This document shows, piece after piece, positions 39,433-49,057 of a stretch of 64,000 nucleotides of DNA. This stretch comes from an uncultured Spirochaetota bacterium. GTDB lineage: Bacteria; Spirochaetota; Spirochaetia; SZUA-6; Fen-1364. Each line of letters opens with the position of its first letter. Position 1 is the first letter of the stretch. Below the pieces are notes generated by a model. It did no database searches and was not told the DNA's origin. It saw only the letters and a list, made by a program, of their open reading frames with translations. The position numbers and the translations under genes were made by a program. The stretch covers positions 2,304,001 to 2,368,000 of the forward strand of contig CAWGAA010000001.1 of assembly GCA_963820525.1 (NCBI GenBank). Direction: 5' to 3'.

Positions 39433-39771
39433 GGGCCGCCACGCGGCGGCGGTCGGCGGAAGGGCGCCGTTCTGCGTGGTGCAGGATTCGGCGCCTGGAT
39501 TTTCAAGGCCGAGCGCCCCCCTCGCGGCGGGGAGATTTCCCAAACAAAAAGCTGGAAACGAACCCGTTTTGACGGTACATTGCGGAGAGAGGGCGCCGAA
39601 TCGGGCCCTCGGAGCAGCCGCTCGGAGGCAGCAGCTTTTCGCGCGGCGAGAGTCGCCCCGTATGGGGGGCTCAATGCAACGGTTTCGATCGTCGGAACCG
39701 GGCCGGATCGCCCGAGAGGGGATCAATGGGGGCCGCCGAAACGGCCCGGAAAGGCCAGAGGAGGAATCCGC

Positions 39772-40293
39772 ATGAACAATAAAGTGTTCTCTTTCGACAT
39801 GGGAAGGATCATGGACGAAGCGTTCAAGTGCGCCGAGGAGTTCGGCAAGGCCTTCGACCATGAGACTGCGGAGCGGATCCGCCGCGCCGCTGAACATCAC
39901 GGGATGGGCCACTTCGGAACGCCGGACTTCTATCCCGGGTATCTCTATCCGCCGGCCAACGTCTACCTCACCAAGGAGAAGAAGCTCATCCTGGAGATCG
40001 CCCTTGCGGGATTCGAGGAGAAGGACATCTCCATCCAGTTCCGGGGAGATTCGCTTCTGTTCTCGGTAAAGGCTCCGGCGGCGGGCGAATCGGAGGAGAG
40101 CGTGCAATACTTCAAGCGCCGGCTGAAGTTCAGGGACATCGAGGAACAGCGCTATTACGTTCCCGCGGACAAGTTCGACCAAGCCGCCACGAGCGCGACC
40201 TTCAAGAACGGGCTCCTGCGCGTCGTCATTCCCCCGAAGGAGCAGGCCGAACAGGGCGCCGAGATCAAGGTGGATATCAAGACCGAGGGCTAG
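39772..40293 (+). CDS. Hsp20 / alpha-crystallin small heat-shock protein
   Basis: SD GAGGAGG, YPPANVY, ALAGF, ATFKNGLLRVVIP. Confidence 0.92.
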   Translation: MNNKVFSFDMGRIMDEAFKCAEEFGKAFDHETAERIRRAAEHHGMGHFGTPDFYPGYLYPPANVYLTKEKKLILEIALAGFEEKDISIQFRGDSLLFSVKAPAAGESEESVQYFKRRLKFRDIEEQRYYVPADKFDQAATSATFKNGLLRVVIPPKEQAEQGAEIKVDIKTEG

Positions 40294-40455
40294 GCCCAGG
40301 GGAGGTCCCTCTCTGGACAGAGACCGGTTTCGGAGTATCATCGAAGCATGAGTTCGGCCTTCGGTCCCGAAGCCGAGCCCCTTTACACGCACGAGCCTCC
40401 CGCGGTATACAGACCGCTGCACACGTCCCGGTTGGAAAGGAGGAAGACACCGCCC

Positions 40456-41724
40456 GTGCGCTTCGTGCATCGCATCACCCGGTTCGTCTTGCTTTTAGCG
40501 GCCGCCGCGGCGCTCGCCCGGCCCCCGTTCTCAGGGGCTCTCCCTGCGGTCTCCACCGCAAACTCGGAGCCGGTCCCCCTCACTCTAGCGGCCCGCTCCG
40601 CCATTCTCATCGACCAGGCCACCGGCCGCGTGCTGTTCGAGAGGAACGCGGATACTCCGCTCCCCCCCGCTTCGCTCACAAAGCTGATGACGCTCCACCT
40701 CGTCTACCGGAAGCTGGAAGACCGCTCCATCGAGCCCGATGACGTGGTGACCATCTCCACCAATGCGTGGGCCCTCCACCAGGCCCCCGGCTCCTCGCTC
40801 ATGAACCTGGAGCCCGGGCAAATCGTCACGGTGGAAGAGCTCATGAAAGGGATGGCGGTCGCTTCGGGCAACGACGCGGCCACCGCTCTCGCCGAATACG
40901 TCGCCGGGACCAAGGAGAAGTTCGTCCAGCTGATGAACGAGGAATGCAGCTGGTTCGGCTACAAGAGCATGCACTTCACGGATCCCGCCGGAGTGGATGA
41001 GTCCAACAGGGTGACGGCGCGGGAGTTCGCCGATTTCTGCCGCCATTACATCGAGCTCCACCCCCAGTCGCTCTCCCAGCTGCTCTCGATACGGGAGTTC
41101 GAGTACCCCCAGCCCAGGAATCTGCCCGAAAGATGGCCCGAGGAGCGCAGGCTGAAAGTGAAGCCGGTAAAGCAGTTCAATGGCAACTTCCTGGTATGGA
41201 ACGGGATCGACGGCCTGAAGACGGGGCACCTCGATGAAGAGAACTTCACCGCGGCCATAACGATGAAAGAGGGGGACACGAGGCTGATAGCGATTGTTCT
41301 GGGGGTCCCGGGACGCACTCTCTCGGAAGGCTACCGCCAGCGCGCGGAGGACTGTCTTGCGCTCTTGTACTATGGACTGCGCACCTTCGCCACGCAGGCC
41401 GTCGATATTCAGCCAATCAAGCCGCTTCGAGTATGGAAAGGAGCCCGAGAAACCGTGGCCGTGGCGCCCTCCGGCCCTCTCCATGTGACGGTAAGGAAGA
41501 GCGAGTTCGATAAGATCTCCTACTCGATCGTGACCTCCTCAGCGGTTGTCGCCCCCCTGCGCAAAGGCCAGAAGGTGGGAGATATCGTCTTCTACAGCGG
41601 AACCGAGGAGATCGCGCGCTACGGCCTGCAAGCCGCGGAGGACCTCGAAGAGGCCGGGATCTTCAAGCGGGCCTGGGACGCCGTATTGATGAGCGTTGAC
41701 ACGCTGTTGGGGGGCGTCGGCTAG
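40456..41724 (+). CDS. D-alanyl-D-alanine carboxypeptidase (PBP5/DacA family)
   Basis: ASLTK, SGN and KTG motifs with a PBP5 C-terminal domain. GTG start after AGGAGG; alternative start 40348. Confidence 0.93.
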   Translation: MRFVHRITRFVLLLAAAAALARPPFSGALPAVSTANSEPVPLTLAARSAILIDQATGRVLFERNADTPLPPASLTKLMTLHLVYRKLEDRSIEPDDVVTISTNAWALHQAPGSSLMNLEPGQIVTVEELMKGMAVASGNDAATALAEYVAGTKEKFVQLMNEECSWFGYKSMHFTDPAGVDESNRVTAREFADFCRHYIELHPQSLSQLLSIREFEYPQPRNLPERWPEERRLKVKPVKQFNGNFLVWNGIDGLKTGHLDEENFTAAITMKEGDTRLIAIVLGVPGRTLSEGYRQRAEDCLALLYYGLRTFATQAVDIQPIKPLRVWKGARETVAVAPSGPLHVTVRKSEFDKISYSIVTSSAVVAPLRKGQKVGDIVFYSGTEEIARYGLQAAEDLEEAGIFKRAWDAVLMSVDTLLGGVG

Positions 41725-41815
41725 GGCGAGAAGGCCGTTCCAGCGCACGCTCGACGCGGCATCCGCCTGCTTCGACTCACACACGACGCGGCGCCTGCTC
41801 GCTTCGGCGCCCGCC

Positions 41816-42925
41816 CTATGGGTACTGTTTCTTCAATCTTCCCAGCATCCCGAGGTATTCGAGGCCCGTTACGGGCTCATCCGGCTTGAAGCTCACGCCG
41901 TCGGGAAGATCCATGATCTCCCGCTCCACCACCCCCAAAGCAGCATCGAACCAGGGGGCATCACGGGGGATGTCCGAAACGGGGCTGACTGAGTATTTGA
42001 GGCTGTATTTTTCCAGAAGCTTCGGGTCCCTCTCCATGCGGGCCACGATTCCCCAGAGAAAGAAGGCCACCTGTTTCCTCGACACGGTCGAGTCGAGGGG
42101 GGCTTCCGGCTCGAGGAGGATTCCTGCCTGATCGAGGGCGGAAAGAACCGATTCCGCCGCCGGCGTGGGATTGGTCGAGAGAGCGGAGAGGAGGCGGGTT
42201 TCGGCAAAGACCCGCTCAACCATGGCGCGAACGGTAAGCTGCCCTTCGAGGGTCTGTGCCTGCTCGGGGGGCGTGATCGAGCCCGTGTCCCTGGCGGCTT
42301 GCGCCATGGAGAATGCCCGGTCGCGGTCTGCGGCATAGAGATCCCGATAGCGGGGATCCAGGCCCCGAAGCCCTTCATCCAGGTCCTGGGCAGCCTCCGC
42401 ATAGCGTCCCGCCCTGAAAAGCTCCTCGCCCCTCTCGCAGAGAATTCGGGATTTCTTCTCCGCCTTCTTCGCACCCAGCTCGAGGACGGCAAGGCGCTTC
42501 GCAGCATCCGCCTCCAGGCCGGCGCGAACGAGCCAGAGGCCCTCATCCGTGTCGGCGAGCACAGCGGCGGCATCGGCGAACCCCATGGCGGCAGGGCGAT
42601 CTTTGGCGAGCAGCGCCGCCTCGCCGCGCAGCGAGGCGCAGCGCGCCTGCACCCTGCGGTTCAAGCCGGGCTTTCCGGCAAATCTCGCGAGCTCAGCCTG
42701 GAGCGCCGCCAAGCCGGCAGCATCGGGAGCGAGCCGCAGATCGAGGAGGCGAAGCTCAAGGGAATCGAGGGCTGCCTGCTCCTGTTCTCCCGAGCTTTGC
42801 GCGATGAGGTCTGCGGGGCCGCTCTGGCATGAGGCGAGAGCGAGGAGGATGCCCGCGGCAAGCGATGCAAGGAGAGTGATCGCGCCAAGCGGCGCCTTTT
42901 GACAGCCGGAAACGCGGCGGGTCAT
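41816..42925 (-). CDS. Lipoprotein with TPR-like helices and C-terminal SLH-like domain
   Basis: Lipobox LASC, TPR-like ERGEELFRAGRYAEAAQDL, SLH-like SDIPRDAPWFDAA...SFKPDEPVT. Confidence 0.65.
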   Translation of the reverse strand: MTRRVSGCQKAPLGAITLLASLAAGILLALASCQSGPADLIAQSSGEQEQAALDSLELRLLDLRLAPDAAGLAALQAELARFAGKPGLNRRVQARCASLRGEAALLAKDRPAAMGFADAAAVLADTDEGLWLVRAGLEADAAKRLAVLELGAKKAEKKSRILCERGEELFRAGRYAEAAQDLDEGLRGLDPRYRDLYAADRDRAFSMAQAARDTGSITPPEQAQTLEGQLTVRAMVERVFAETRLLSALSTNPTPAAESVLSALDQAGILLEPEAPLDSTVSRKQVAFFLWGIVARMERDPKLLEKYSLKYSVSPVSDIPRDAPWFDAALGVVEREIMDLPDGVSFKPDEPVTGLEYLGMLGRLKKQYP

Positions 42926-45582
42926 TTGCCCCTTCCCATGGAATAACCGTAGATCTTCCCGTCGATCCCCGCCGTCAGGAAGTCAACGGCGCCGTCGCCG
43001 TTCACGTCGATCAGCTGGGGCCGCGACACGCCCTTCACGGGAAATCCGCCGAGGGGGCGCAGGGAAGCGTCGTATCCGCAGATAAAGGCCCCCGACCCGT
43101 AGAGGAGGAGGTCCTGGCGGCCGTTTCCGAAGAGGTCCGCGACCAGGATCCGGGCTTTCTTGCCGTCGAGGTCGGCCACGCTCGTCTGCCTGATGACGGC
43201 GCCGTCCAGCCCAATGATGCTCACGCCGCCGTCTTGTGAAAGCGTCACCAGGGCGGACGCCCCATCATCCAGACGGATCTGCTGCGGAGTGGCGTAATAG
43301 ACTCCCGGCAGCGAAAGGGGGAAAGGGGCGACGGGCTTTCCGGCGATGTCCCAGAGATGGAGCGAGCCCGCCTGGGTCATGAATGCGACGAGGTTCGACT
43401 CGCCCGCGTGGACGAACCGCGGAGAGCAGAATGAGATGCCGGAGGCATCGACGGGCCAGCCGGCGGCCTCGGTACCATCGAGGTCGGCGAGGTGCACCTT
43501 CGAGTCGAAGCTCTTCGGGAAAAATGCAAGCCGTCCCGGCGGGGAGTAGTCGGGCGGGGCAAAGAGGGGAGCCTCCAGCTTCTCCGGGAAAACGCTTCGC
43601 TCGCCATCCTCACCGATCAGAACGAGAGCCGAGTCCGCCTTTGAGTAGAGAGCGAGCTTTCCGCCGACGCACTTCGGGGGCATGGGGCCGGAGATCCCGG
43701 TTGCCATGGGAAAGGGAGGGTGAACCTTCAGGTCCGGGCCGAAGCGCCAGACCGTTCCCCCCGGAGAGACCGCCCAGACCGCGGCCATTGCCCCTCCGTC
43801 CTCTCCATCGGCGACGAGGGTCGAATCGGGCTCCAGCTTCTCCTCTCTGATCGGGGTCCCGTCGGCTTCAGCAAAAACGAGGGCGGATCCTTCCCGCAGC
43901 CAGGCAAGCGTCGTCCTGCTATTGTCACGGAAATGGAATGCAAGAACATCTGCCGACACCCCCCCATCGGGAGAAAGCGGGAACCCGGGCAGGAGCTTGA
44001 GGCCGAGCCGCTCGCCGTGCGCGGCCGAGAGCGCCACCCGCAGCCCCGCCGGGGTGGCGCGGACGGCGGCGACGCCGCGGCCATAGAGCCGCAGGACATC
44101 GGCAAGAAGCCCGGATCCGCGGATGAAGAACGGCTCGGTCCGTTCGATATCGTACCAGAGAAGGAGGGAGGCGTCCGAGGGAATGCCCTGGCTCAGCCTG
44201 GCGAACAGAGAAACATGGGCGAGATTATCCGCCGTGTCTCCTGCCTTGGCGACGGCAGCCAGATTCTGGGCGTCCAGTGAGAGAAAGAAATAGCCGCCGA
44301 GCGTGATGAAATACGGCTCGGGCACGTTCATGCCGATCGTGTCGAGAATGGTCTTCAGGTACCAGGGAATGGAGATCCGGTCGATACGAACCCCGTCGAG
44401 CACGAGTGAGCTGTCCTTGGTGGCCACGAGGGATTTGGTGATCTTGTCCATCGCGCGCTTGTACGCTCCCCTGTCGGCTATCCGCGCGAAGAAGACGGGA
44501 TCCCCCGACTCCTCGGCCATGAACGCGCCGATCTCGGCGCCCACCCAGGAAAAGAGAAGCTCGTCTATCCCCGCCCCTACCACGGTTCGCGCTCCCGAGT
44601 CGGCCCGAGTGTAGATCCCCTCCACGTCGGCGCCCTGGAATGCGGCGGCCAGGCGATACATGTCGGCAAGGGGGGCGACATTGGAAACCGACAGGAAGTA
44701 GGAGGAGGCGGGGACATAGCGGAGCACTCCGATCGGAGCGGGGTTCCTGGCGAGGGTCTGAGACAACTCCGGCATCGTGACCTCAAGGGGGAGATCCGCG
44801 CCGAGGGTCAGGCGGTCCGGCCCAAGCTCGACGTCGAGCATCGACTGGCCCGGGAGCTCCATTGAGTCGAGGAGCTTGGCCCCAATTCCGCTTCCCGAGA
44901 GAAGCTCCGAGGAAAGGCTTCGGGTGTCGGCCAGCACGCGGACCGCGCGGCCGCTTCGAAGCCGCACCCGGTCCAGAAGCTCGCGGCTCGCCCTGGCTGC
45001 GAGCCCGCTATCCGACGCCCGGCGCGCCAGGGCATCCTTGACGACGTCGGGATCCAGAGAGACGATCGCGATGTCGTTCATAAAAGCGGCGTGGATCGTG
45101 GTCTCCCCCGTCTTGTAGCGGTACATCGGAATTCCAGATTCGTTGAGGAAGCTGAAACCCTTGATATTGAGCACGGGGCCGACCAGGCGCGCCAGTGGCG
45201 TGAACATTCCGCGCCATCCCAGCGGCACAACCGCAAGAAGCTTGCGGTTCTGTAGGAGCATGATGTCGGCCTGCACGTCGAGGAGGTTGCGCAGGATCGG
45301 CGAGCGCGTGAGGGCCAGGCCGCGGGCGCTGGTCACGACTCGGCGGTACTGGGCGAGGTCGGGCCGTGCCAGGACCGCATCGGCAACCTCCAGGTTGAGC
45401 CACTCCTCGAAGATGCCGCGGATGGAAGGAACCTGGAGGTAGGCCATGTACTTGTCGGGGAGGAAGGCGGCGGGGTCCTCACGATGAGCCAGCCAGCGGA
45501 AAAAGAGCACCCCGATAGCCAGCACCATCGCGCAGAGGATTCCGAGCAAAACCTTGAGCAGAACGCTGAAGAATCTTTTCAT
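42922..45582 (-). CDS. Membrane-anchored protein with C-terminal FG-GAP-type beta-propeller
   Basis: N-terminal TM segment, repeated GFP/GWP blades, ADLFGNGRQDLL and DVNGDGAVDF. Confidence 0.7.
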   Translation of the reverse strand: MKRFFSVLLKVLLGILCAMVLAIGVLFFRWLAHREDPAAFLPDKYMAYLQVPSIRGIFEEWLNLEVADAVLARPDLAQYRRVVTSARGLALTRSPILRNLLDVQADIMLLQNRKLLAVVPLGWRGMFTPLARLVGPVLNIKGFSFLNESGIPMYRYKTGETTIHAAFMNDIAIVSLDPDVVKDALARRASDSGLAARASRELLDRVRLRSGRAVRVLADTRSLSSELLSGSGIGAKLLDSMELPGQSMLDVELGPDRLTLGADLPLEVTMPELSQTLARNPAPIGVLRYVPASSYFLSVSNVAPLADMYRLAAAFQGADVEGIYTRADSGARTVVGAGIDELLFSWVGAEIGAFMAEESGDPVFFARIADRGAYKRAMDKITKSLVATKDSSLVLDGVRIDRISIPWYLKTILDTIGMNVPEPYFITLGGYFFLSLDAQNLAAVAKAGDTADNLAHVSLFARLSQGIPSDASLLLWYDIERTEPFFIRGSGLLADVLRLYGRGVAAVRATPAGLRVALSAAHGERLGLKLLPGFPLSPDGGVSADVLAFHFRDNSRTTLAWLREGSALVFAEADGTPIREEKLEPDSTLVADGEDGGAMAAVWAVSPGGTVWRFGPDLKVHPPFPMATGISGPMPPKCVGGKLALYSKADSALVLIGEDGERSVFPEKLEAPLFAPPDYSPPGRLAFFPKSFDSKVHLADLDGTEAAGWPVDASGISFCSPRFVHAGESNLVAFMTQAGSLHLWDIAGKPVAPFPLSLPGVYYATPQQIRLDDGASALVTLSQDGGVSIIGLDGAVIRQTSVADLDGKKARILVADLFGNGRQDLLLYGSGAFICGYDASLRPLGGFPVKGVSRPQLIDVNGDGAVDFLTAGIDGKIYGYSMGRGK

Positions 45583-45699
45583 GCTACCCCAACCTTCGCG
45601 GACAAAATAGCTTAAAAACAGCGGGGACGCAATCGGCTGAGGACAAGGACGGGGCGAAGAAGATTCGACTGGCTTCTAAAATGGTGGTTTTAGAAATCG

Positions 45700-45728
45700 T
45701 TGACAAATGCAATCTGATGATCTATAGT
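45700..45728 (+). promoter_or_regulatory. Near-consensus sigma70 promoter
   Basis: TTGACA-17 bp-TATAGT, preceded by inverted repeat TTCTAAAA-N6-TTTTAGAA (45674-45695). Confidence 0.8.
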
Positions 45729-45788
45729 ATCTTATAATTATATAGGTGGGCGGCAAGAACATCTATTTAGAAAGAAAGGGAGGAATTT

Positions 45789-46124
45789 ATGAACAGAGCT
45801 ATCCTGAAAAAGATCGTTTACTTGGCGATCGCGCTTTCTTTTGTTGGGCTGATGATCGGGTGCAGTCTCAAGTCAGATGAAGAAGCAATCATAGGTAAGT
45901 GGGCATATGCGTATGTCATCGAGGCTTACAATTTCACATCAGATGGAAATGTAATTATAGCGGGTACCATACCAGGCACATGGACAATGGATACAGGATC
46001 GAAACATCTGACTATTACTCCTACAGGCGGCTCCAGCACCACCTACGACTATTCTTTCAGTTCAGATAAAAACACGCTTACACTTGACTCCGGATCCGGC
46101 GCAATGACTTTCACGAGAATGTAA
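45789..46124 (+). CDS. Small AT-rich lipoprotein, lipocalin-like
   Basis: SD GGGAGG, lipobox MIGC, IIGKW...FTSDG...GTW pattern. Confidence 0.75.
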   Translation: MNRAILKKIVYLAIALSFVGLMIGCSLKSDEEAIIGKWAYAYVIEAYNFTSDGNVIIAGTIPGTWTMDTGSKHLTITPTGGSSTTYDYSFSSDKNTLTLDSGSGAMTFTRM

Positions 46125-46160
46125 CTGTTTTATCAACCCGGCTTGAATCTCGACGAAGGT

Positions 46161-46186
46161 GCGGCCGCACAGGCCGCCCTTTTTTT
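46161..46186 (+). terminator. Rho-independent terminator
   Basis: gcggcc-gcaca-ggccgc followed by T7. Confidence 0.7.
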
Positions 46187-46208
46187 GCTCCTTGGCAGGC
46201 TCACCGCC

Positions 46209-46240
46209 AAAGAGAACGGCCGCCCCTTTCGGGGCGGCCG
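46209..46240 (-). terminator. Rho-independent terminator
   Basis: Minus strand cggccgcccc-GAAA-ggggcggccg-ttctcttt. Confidence 0.7.
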
Positions 46241-46280
46241 CCTGGAATCCGCCGAAGCGGATCCCGACAGATTTGACTGT

Positions 46281-46328
46281 CTAGATGCCAAACCCCTCAA
46301 GGTCCGGCGATTGAGATTCGATTCCCAT
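46281..46328 (-). CDS. Candidate small ORF MGIESQSPDLEGFGI (15 aa)
   Basis: Perfect SD AAGGAGGT 5 nt before the ATG. Flanked by terminators on the same strand. Confidence 0.45.
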   Translation of the reverse strand: MGIESQSPDLEGFGI

Positions 46329-46393
46329 TCTGCACCTCCTTTCCTTGCTGTTCGAAAGCGTGAACTTCCGTCCGCGGCCGGATTTTCGATATG

Positions 46394-46421
46394 AAAAGAG
46401 CCACCCTGCCAGGGTGGCTCT
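46394..46421 (-). terminator. Rho-independent terminator of the FHA gene
   Basis: Minus strand gagccaccct-ggc-agggtggctc-tttt. Confidence 0.75.
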
Positions 46422-46444
46422 CGTACCCCGATATCCGGTCCTTT

Positions 46445-46831
46445 CTACTTCTTCTCTATCTCTTCCTCGATATAGAATCGAAGGATCGTGTTTCCCAGGA
46501 CGATGCGGTCCCCGTAATGGAGTTGGGTCTTTCCCTTCAGCTGTTTCGAGTTGAGGTACGTCGAGTTCGTGGAGCCCAGGTCCTCGAGGAAGAACTCTCC
46601 CTTCTCGTCTATGCTGACGGAGCAGTGCTTCCGGCTTAAAAGCGGATCGGGTATGGCAAGATCGCACTCGTGGTGCCGCCCGACGATGACCCCGGAGCCG
46701 CCAACGACGCACGACTTTCCGAAGAAATCAGGCGAGAGAACCACCAGGAGGGCTTTCTTGCCCAAAAACCCGGCGGCCTTGAGCTTCCTGTGATCTTCGC
46801 TTAAAAGTGTTTTTTCGTTTTCGTCTGCCAT
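46445..46831 (-). CDS. FHA-domain protein
   Basis: IVGR, LSRKH, DLGSTNSTYLN, GDRIVLG. Promoter TTGACA-17-AATACT at 46884-46856. Confidence 0.93.
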   Translation of the reverse strand: MADENEKTLLSEDHRKLKAAGFLGKKALLVVLSPDFFGKSCVVGGSGVIVGRHHECDLAIPDPLLSRKHCSVSIDEKGEFFLEDLGSTNSTYLNSKQLKGKTQLHYGDRIVLGNTILRFYIEEEIEKK

Positions 46832-46940
46832 CGTGCCCCCGATCCTCCAAACGTGAGTATTCGTCCGGCTCTGCCTCCTGTCAAGGCGCGGGTGGAGGGT
46901 CGCGACGTGGCCGCCGGACATTGGCGGCGCCGGGCCCGCT

Positions 46941-47798
46941 TCAGCCCGCGAAAATCCGCTCGAGAGCCTCTCGCATCACCCCGGCATCTACATCGACGCC
47001 GGTCCAGTACTTGATCCCGATCACCCCCTGCTCCACCAGCATCGCCAGACCGTCGATCACCCGGCATCCCCGCTCCGTGGCCGTGGAGATCAGGTGGGTG
47101 CGCGGAGGATTCGGGATGACGTCGGCCACCAGCATGCGCGAGGAAAGGGTGTCGAAATCGACATCGAGGCGCGCCGAAACGTCGGGAAAAAGGCCGATCG
47201 AGGTGGCATTGATCACGACGTCTGTCGAATCGGGAATGCTGTAGCGAGGCGTCCAGGCTGAAAGCTCGGCGGGAACCCTGAGCGCTGCCCCGAGCAGATC
47301 GACAAGTTCCCTCCCCCTGCTCTTCGTGCGATTGACAATGGTGATCGCCGCTGCCCCGGCCAGAGCGGCCTCCACGGAGATTGCCCGGGCCGCCCCCCCA
47401 GCGCCGAAGATCAGGAAGCGCTTTCCCTTGGGATCGATGCGTTCTCCGAGGGACTTGAGGAATCCCTTTCCGTCCGTGTTTTCGCCGATAAGCTTGTCCC
47501 CCCGCCGAACGACACAGTTGACGGCGCCCATGAGGGCCGCCGATTCGCCCAGACCGTCAAGGTGGCGGACAACCGCCACCTTGTGGGGGATGGTGCAGTT
47601 GAAGCCGGCAAAGCCCATGGCCCGGGCCCCGCGCACGGCGTCTTCGAGCCCTGCCGGGTCGACCTCAATGGTGAGATATCGCCAGTCGAGTGAATGATGC
47701 CGGTATGCGGCCTCGACCATGGCCTGAGTCGGGTTTTCCGCGACGGGCTTGCCGAACACCGCGGTAAGCTCCTGCTTGAAGCTCAATTGCTTTGCCAT
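46941..47798 (-). CDS. aroE: Shikimate dehydrogenase
   Basis: GFNCTIPHK, GAVN, NTDGKGF, GAGGAARA, INATSIG. Promoter TTGACC-16-TAGAAT at 47845-47818. Confidence 0.92.
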   Translation of the reverse strand: MAKQLSFKQELTAVFGKPVAENPTQAMVEAAYRHHSLDWRYLTIEVDPAGLEDAVRGARAMGFAGFNCTIPHKVAVVRHLDGLGESAALMGAVNCVVRRGDKLIGENTDGKGFLKSLGERIDPKGKRFLIFGAGGAARAISVEAALAGAAAITIVNRTKSRGRELVDLLGAALRVPAELSAWTPRYSIPDSTDVVINATSIGLFPDVSARLDVDFDTLSSRMLVADVIPNPPRTHLISTATERGCRVIDGLAMLVEQGVIGIKYWTGVDVDAGVMREALERIFAG

Positions 47799-47970
47799 GG
47801 CGCCCTCCGATGCCGCCATTCTACCCGGATTCGACGCGCGGTCAAAGAATTGGCATGGGCGAAGAGAACACCGGCCCGCTTCAAAAAGGTTTCAGATCCC
47901 CAGCGTGAGGACAGGCCGGTGTCACGGCTGGTTCGTCAGGGAGAGAGAGAGGATGAGGGGAAGCTCGGAA

Positions 47971-48552
47971 TCAGCCGGCTTTCTGGTATTCCGGCTCGTT
48001 TCCCGGCTTCCACTTGATGCTGCAGCCCATGCTGGGGCGCTGCTCGGCCGGCACGGCTTTTCCCGCGAGCACCGCGTCCAGGGCACGGCGAAGGTCCGTG
48101 CCCGTGATGGGCACGTTGTTTCCCGGCCTGCTGGAATCCATTTGTCCGCGATAGACGAGCTTCCTCTGCTTGTCGAAGAGGAAAAAGTCCGGCGTGCATG
48201 CGGCGCGGTACGCCTTGGCGATCTCCTGGATCTCGTCATAGAGGTAGGGGAAGGTGTATCCTGCGGCCTTCGCCTCCTTCGCCATCCCCTGAGGCCCATC
48301 CTCCGGATGGCTGGCCGGATCGTTGGCGCTGATCCCCACCACCGCCACGCCCTTGGCCTGGTACTCCTTGATGAGGCTCACCAGCGCTTTCTGCACGTGC
48401 TTCACGTACGGGCAGTGGTTGCACATGAAGATAACGAGGAGCGCCGGCGCCGTCTTGAAATCGCCCAGCGATACTGTCTTTCCGTGAACGTCGGGGAGCT
48501 TGAAAAATGGTGCGGGGGTGCCGAGGGAAATCATCGTCGATGTCGCCGCCAT
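47971..48552 (-). CDS. Thioredoxin-family (AhpC/TSA-like) redoxin
   Basis: CNHCPYV, ACTPDFF, GCSIKW. Promoter TTGACT-17-TAATCT at 48613-48585. Confidence 0.93.
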   Translation of the reverse strand: MAATSTMISLGTPAPFFKLPDVHGKTVSLGDFKTAPALLVIFMCNHCPYVKHVQKALVSLIKEYQAKGVAVVGISANDPASHPEDGPQGMAKEAKAAGYTFPYLYDEIQEIAKAYRAACTPDFFLFDKQRKLVYRGQMDSSRPGNNVPITGTDLRRALDAVLAGKAVPAEQRPSMGCSIKWKPGNEPEYQKAG

Positions 48553-48657
48553 GTCTTTCTCCTTCCTTTGAGATGCTCACATTCAGATTACTCACGCGCA
48601 ATGGGAAAGTCAAAAATCCAGGTGCCGTTTGCCCGCCATCGTTTCATTTCGGTACCT

Positions 48658-48942
48658 ATGAAGAGAATGTCGGCGCTCGCGCTGATCGCTTTGCGAGATG
48701 CAGTCCTACGACTACCAGCTCACCCCGGCGGAGAAGGATGCGCTGATCACGCTGATGCGGGACGGAGTGCGCCTGGTAAATGTCGCCTCCACCAACAAGA
48801 CGACGATCGACCCATCCTGAACAGCGGCCAGAACCTCGTGGCAGAGCTCAGTCACACCCAGGCTGAGGAGTTTCTCTCCAACCTGAGCAGGGCGACGACC
48901 GAGGGAGACGACTTCCAGAGGCAGGTCAAGCTGTTTCAGTAG
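48658..48942 (+). pseudogene. Probable relic of a secreted-protein gene
   Basis: Signal-like start MKRMSALALIAL. The coding-like text switches frame (EMQSYDYQLTPAEKDALITLMRDGVRLVNVAST) and then returns (ILNSGQNLVAEL...). Confidence 0.35.
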
Positions 48943-49057
48943 GGCGCGGGGATTCTCCGCGCATGATGCACCCGGGCCGCCGTTTCCGCGCGTGGCCTGC
49001 ACGGCCCTAAAAAATAGTGTTTGACTCGACCCCGCCTTCCCGGTTTATCGTGCTCGG

